In this document: positions 24,228 to 27,291 of the stretch, one piece after another
Numbering within the stretch: the stretch's first letter is position 1
Layout: each line of letters opens with the position of its first letter
Virus record (IMG/VR): IMGVR_UViG_3300031994_000051
Span: 64,001-91,291 of that record
Reading direction: 5' to 3' (one strand)
Length of the DNA stretch: 27,291 nt
From: a virus
Taxonomy: Duplodnaviria; Heunggongvirae; Uroviricota; Caudoviricetes
The notes under the pieces: model-generated
Databases searched by the model: none
What the model saw: the letters and a program-made list of their open reading frames with translations, nothing else
Told to the model about the DNA's origin: nothing
Program-made: the position numbers and the translations under genes

Positions 24228-24257
24228 CAAAGATACGAAAAAATCTGGAATCGGCAA
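24228..24257 (-). promoter_or_regulatory. Bacteroidota sigma-A-type promoter
   Basis: TTG-N19-TATCTTTG on - strand. Confidence 0.8.
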
Positions 24258-24311
24258 GTATTTTTTCCAGATTTTTTCAAAAATATAATAACATATTGAA
24301 ATACAATAAGT

Positions 24312-24917
24312 TCAAAAGTTCAGATCAAATCGTTCATTCACTTTTTCTATCATTTCTTCTGTCAATGTTATTCCTTTTAATTTCACTCTGCAAGGTGGAA
24401 GTCTAGCGAACATAGGATCGTCGGTGAAAATGTGCTTTATATTTCTGGCTCCATATTTTCGAAGAACGGCCTCTACTGTTTTCTCGCCTCCCCTGTCTGC
24501 GGCTACTGCCATAACCTTTCCTATAACAAGAAAAATATAGATTGATCTCTTTTTTGTAGTTCCCTCGTTTACGGAAAACGACGAAGAGTCAGACACTGGG
24601 GTTATATCCCATCCAAGAGCGTTCAACCTAGCAGCCTCCTTCATGAAAACCTTACCGTGTTCGGAGTTGTCCTTGAGTCTGAACTGATCTATCTTCTGAT
24701 GTATCATCTCATGAAGCATTGTCTGGCGATACGATCGATCGTCCCTGTCATAGACATCGGTTATTCGTATCTCGTTTCCGTCTATATTTCTGAAATACAG
24801 CCCCAAAGCGTCCATTGTGTGGACTACTTTGAATTTTGGTGTGTCCAGTTGTCCGTCGAAATATTGTTCGTTCAGTTCCCTGAACATTTCAGACATTTGT
24901 GATTCAGTTATTTTCAT
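24312..24917 (-). CDS. SprT-like zinc metalloprotease (201 aa)
   Basis: FRELNEQYFDGQL...TMLHEMIHQ...HGKVFMKEAARLN: HExxH plus downstream H, typical SprT layout. Confidence 0.88.
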   Translation of the reverse strand: MKITESQMSEMFRELNEQYFDGQLDTPKFKVVHTMDALGLYFRNIDGNEIRITDVYDRDDRSYRQTMLHEMIHQKIDQFRLKDNSEHGKVFMKEAARLNALGWDITPVSDSSSFSVNEGTTKKRSIYIFLVIGKVMAVAADRGGEKTVEAVLRKYGARNIKHIFTDDPMFARLPPCRVKLKGITLTEEMIEKVNERFDLNF

Positions 24918-24921
24918 GATG

Positions 24922-24953
24922 CAAATATACGGAATATTTTTGTAAATCGACAA
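24922..24953 (-). promoter_or_regulatory. sigma-A-type promoter 4 nt from the SprT start codon
   Basis: TTG-N21-TATATTTG-CATC-ATG. Confidence 0.72.
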
Positions 24954-24982
24954 AAGTTTGCATTTTGTTCTATATTAGGTTG

Positions 24983-24997
24983 GATCTCACTGGGATC
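24983..24997. repeat. 15-bp palindrome, variant (GATCTCACTGGGATC)
   Basis: One mismatch; between terminator and promoter on the - arm. Confidence 0.8.
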
Positions 24998-25040
24998 GAT
25001 CTAGGTGATAACATCAGAGCAAGATCAGCATATGTCTGGA

Positions 25041-25080
25041 CAAAAAGAAAAAGCGATCGGTCAATGTTGATCGATCGCTT
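25041..25080 (-). terminator. intrinsic terminator
   Basis: AAGCGATCG...CGATCGCTT stem, TTTCTTTTT on - strand. Confidence 0.85.
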
Positions 25081-25105
25081 CATCGAAAGTAAGCATGTCA
25101 AAAGT

Positions 25106-25696
25106 TTATTTTATTCGTATCGCATGGAACGCATAGATAAATCCTTGGAACTCTGGCGGAAATTCACAGTTGTCGAAATATTCGTGCGTATCGATGATTT
25201 CCTTCCACTTTCCGATGTATTTTCCGTTTTTATATGGCCTGAAACCTCCTGTTTTCCCAGCGTTCTCTGGATGATGCTCTATAGGATACATCCAGATGAT
25301 GTAAGTCCTTGTTGGATGATCCACGAAACCTTTCAGATATTCGATCGCTTGATTTGGATCGTCGCATAATCCATATGGGTTTCCGATATAATTCAGGTTC
25401 CTGTTAGGAAATCCGTTTTTATCGTGCCCACCGTCATCTGAATAATAAGTACATTCGTCAACGCACCACCAGAAATGTTGTTTCAGATCCTTTGTCTGAT
25501 CGTATGCCCAAGGCTGGAAATTGTTCCATCCTATATAGACACCTGGTTTTGGATTATGTTTCAAAGGATCTTTCAACCATGGAATGTACGCATCTTCGAT
25601 GCTGAAGTTTTCCAATTCTTGATCTATGATAATTTCATCCCAGACGGATTCGATTTCCTTATAGAGTTCTGGGGATATTGTAAGTGTTCCTAACAT
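25106..25696 (-). CDS. hypothetical aromatic-rich phage protein (196 aa)
   Basis: Long ORF followed by terminator. Confidence 0.85.
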   Translation of the reverse strand: MLGTLTISPELYKEIESVWDEIIIDQELENFSIEDAYIPWLKDPLKHNPKPGVYIGWNNFQPWAYDQTKDLKQHFWWCVDECTYYSDDGGHDKNGFPNRNLNYIGNPYGLCDDPNQAIEYLKGFVDHPTRTYIIWMYPIEHHPENAGKTGGFRPYKNGKYIGKWKEIIDTHEYFDNCEFPPEFQGFIYAFHAIRIK

Positions 25697-25725
25697 TGTA
25701 TTACTTATTTTATGGATTAAACTTA

Positions 25726-26571
25726 TTATTTCACAACTCCAAGATAGATTTCGGACAGTCCATAAAGTTCTGCTTGTGTGATTGGCTCTGTTCTGTTTAT
25801 ATCAAATCCGTGCCATTGTGCTTTAGTGAGCCAATGGGGATCGGTATCAGGATAAATCACCCAATCTTCCTCACTATAGTCGAATGCCCATTTGGTTCCA
25901 TATTTTTGGATCATTCTTTTCCTTGCATCCGATTCGGTCTTGGCGACGATCCTGACATAGTTCTTTTTGTTCTTTTCGTCTCCGCAGCCGAAAGTGAAGT
26001 ACCAGTTCTTATACTCTTTTTCCTTCAAAGAAGATATTATTTGTTGAACACCATCTAAAACCTTTTCTTGGTTTTTCTTTGATTGTTTCCCGAAGAATTT
26101 TTCAGCGTGTTTTCTCATGAAAGTATATGTGATTGATCTCCAATCCAATGTAGAGAATTTTCCTCCAGTATATCTTGGAAGACCTTTTCCATATCGTGGC
26201 ATATTAAGTTCGATCTCATCATTCGAAAGCATCATCATCACGTTGAGAACACTAAAGACGATCGCTTCGTCTCTTGTATATTCGCATAGTCTTATATAAC
26301 GATTAACATCCTCTTCGAATCGAAGAGGTGAGCAAAGCCAACGACCGCATTTTCTGTCTTCCTCGTCAAGGTGTTGATGAATTTTATCAAGAGCGATCAA
26401 CATGTAATGGGAAATCTCGGAATCGCTTGGATGCTCAGAGATATAGTATTGGTCATCTAGTCTAATCAATCTGGCTACAAGATCCATGAAGTTTTTCTCT
26501 GTTGTAAGACCATACCATCCTTTAGACATAAGTACTACAGAGTTGAAAGGGAAATTCTTTATCTTTTTCAT
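25726..26571 (-). CDS. hypothetical protein (281 aa), probably two domains
   Basis: C-terminal WYFTFG...YVRIVA...ARKRMIQKYGTKWAFDY looks like a small phage domain. Confidence 0.85.
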   Translation of the reverse strand: MKKIKNFPFNSVVLMSKGWYGLTTEKNFMDLVARLIRLDDQYYISEHPSDSEISHYMLIALDKIHQHLDEEDRKCGRWLCSPLRFEEDVNRYIRLCEYTRDEAIVFSVLNVMMMLSNDEIELNMPRYGKGLPRYTGGKFSTLDWRSITYTFMRKHAEKFFGKQSKKNQEKVLDGVQQIISSLKEKEYKNWYFTFGCGDEKNKKNYVRIVAKTESDARKRMIQKYGTKWAFDYSEEDWVIYPDTDPHWLTKAQWHGFDINRTEPITQAELYGLSEIYLGVVK

Positions 26572-26601
26572 ATCAGGTTAGTTTATGTTTGTTTGATGGC
26601 G

Positions 26602-26631
26602 CAAAGATACGAAAAATATTTGAATTGACAA
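26602..26631 (-). promoter_or_regulatory. Bacteroidota sigma-A-type promoter
   Basis: TTG-N19-TATCTTTG on - strand. Confidence 0.82.
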
Positions 26632-26665
26632 GTGTTTTGCGAAAATTTTTCCTTATATACAAAAC

Positions 26666-26872
26666 TTATTCCATGGGATCCACAACCACAACGACTTTGT
26701 CAGGATTCGTTCCATCGATAACCCTGTTATGTACTTCATAAGAGACTTTTATTTCATTTTTGTCACCATAATGTAAAATTACACAGTCCCCCTTTTGTGG
26801 GATCAAACGCTTGTTCCAATTGGGCCATTGCTTTATGTAATTTCCATCTAAATCTATGAATTCGATTGTCAT
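26666..26872 (-). CDS. hypothetical protein (68 aa)
   Basis: ATGA overlap with nicotinamidase stop. Confidence 0.78.
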   Translation of the reverse strand: MTIEFIDLDGNYIKQWPNWNKRLIPQKGDCVILHYGDKNEIKVSYEVHNRVIDGTNPDKVVVVVDPME

Positions 26873-27291
26873 ATCAATTGTACATTTTTGATTGTTTCAC
26901 AATAATCAAAAAGTTTCTTATCGCTTTCATCTACAGCGGCACAGAAATCTGTTAATACGGATATTCTTACGTTTGGAAAAGTTTCATGTAAATCCTTTAC
27001 CGTTTCATAAACGCAATAGTCTGTTGCAATACCACATACATCTATCATTTCTATGTTGTTATCAACTATGAAACATTTTAATATTTTTCCAGCGATTTCG
27101 TTTTGAAACACGCTGAACTCTTCCTTGTCTGGTTCATTTCCCTTACATAATGCAAGTAAAGACATTCCACCAGAACGTAATGATATCAATAGAGATTCCA
27201 GATCTGGATAGACTTTACATCCTTGAGTTCCTTTCACGCAATGAGGTTCAAAAGGACCTCCAAATTCTTTGAATGAGCAATGTTTTTTTGG
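26869..27291 (-). CDS. pncA: nicotinamidase/pyrazinamidase (isochorismatase family), 5'-truncated by window edge
   Basis: Frame stays open to the window end: PKKHCSFKEFGGPFEPHCVKGTQG...KG..EEFSVF...VCGIATDYCV; catalytic Lys and Cys motifs and the metal-binding His region visible. Confidence 0.88.
   Translation of the reverse strand, partial: PKKHCSFKEFGGPFEPHCVKGTQGCKVYPDLESLLISLRSGGMSLLALCKGNEPDKEEFSVFQNEIAGKILKCFIVDNNIEMIDVCGIATDYCVYETVKDLHETFPNVRISVLTDFCAAVDESDKKLFDYCETIKNVQLI

Noticed and set aside
509-24953. Long upstream starts in the track (509, 3587, 5995, 7702, 16899, 21321, 24102, 24953)
   Set aside because: They overlap upstream genes or run through promoter boxes; I used the downstream ATG with an A-rich leader.
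1332-24997. Palindrome repeats as a CRISPR array
   Set aside because: Copies are 15 bp, 48 bp to several kb apart and separated by whole genes; no regular spacers and no cas genes.
264-27291. Antisense and overlapping ORFs in the track (e.g. 2561-3616 -, 8011-8604 -, 12035-12682 -, 13725-14570 +, 21234-21719 +)
   Set aside because: Shadows of real genes, or ORFs running through promoter/palindrome modules; wrong strand relative to promoters and terminators.
1-27291. Window-wide genetic code 15 (Lak-type)
   Set aside because: Nearly all genes are intact and tightly packed under code 11, and TAG appears to act as a stop before a terminator at 5775; only one ambiguous in-frame TAG.
1-27291. 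Bacterial chromosome or plasmid origin of the window
   Set aside because: No housekeeping, replication or conjugation genes; dense small ORFans, repeated strong promoters, a lone tRNA and phage-type domains fit a lytic phage better, though no structural gene is present to prove it.

Overview
Most likely a fragment of a large lytic phage of Bacteroidota (Prevotella/Bacteroides-like host, inferred from promoter consensus and A-rich, mostly Shine-Dalgarno-less starts). It looks like an early/accessory gene region. About 54 mostly small ORFs form two convergent arms (+ strand 1-13.3 kb; - strand 15.9-27.3 kb). The window has 25 near-identical Bacteroidota sigma-A-type promoters (mostly TTG-N19-21-TA(TC/TA)TTTG). 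A module recurs: intrinsic terminator (often CGATCG-built), 15-bp palindrome GATCCCA(C/G)TGGGATC, phased A/T tracts, promoter, then 1-7 ORFs. CGATCG is very strongly over-represented. Recognisable products: solo TnpB, HicA-like toxin, RyR-domain protein, SprT-like metalloprotease, nicotinamidase (partial), YubB/DUF1281_C-like protein, DUF551 protein, a Cys-cluster (GP88/radical-SAM-like) protein and tRNA-Gly(TCC). The arms converge on a 2.5-kb hub with a very basic 346-aa protein and two promoter-driven, hairpin-dense non-coding regions. The best novelty candidates are a ~420-nt structured ncRNA and a ~96-nt hairpin RNA upstream of the tRNA whose loop resembles the Bacteroidota 16S rRNA 3' tail; both sit behind the same variant promoter. 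All family calls are by-eye motif recognition; no database searches or folding programs were run.
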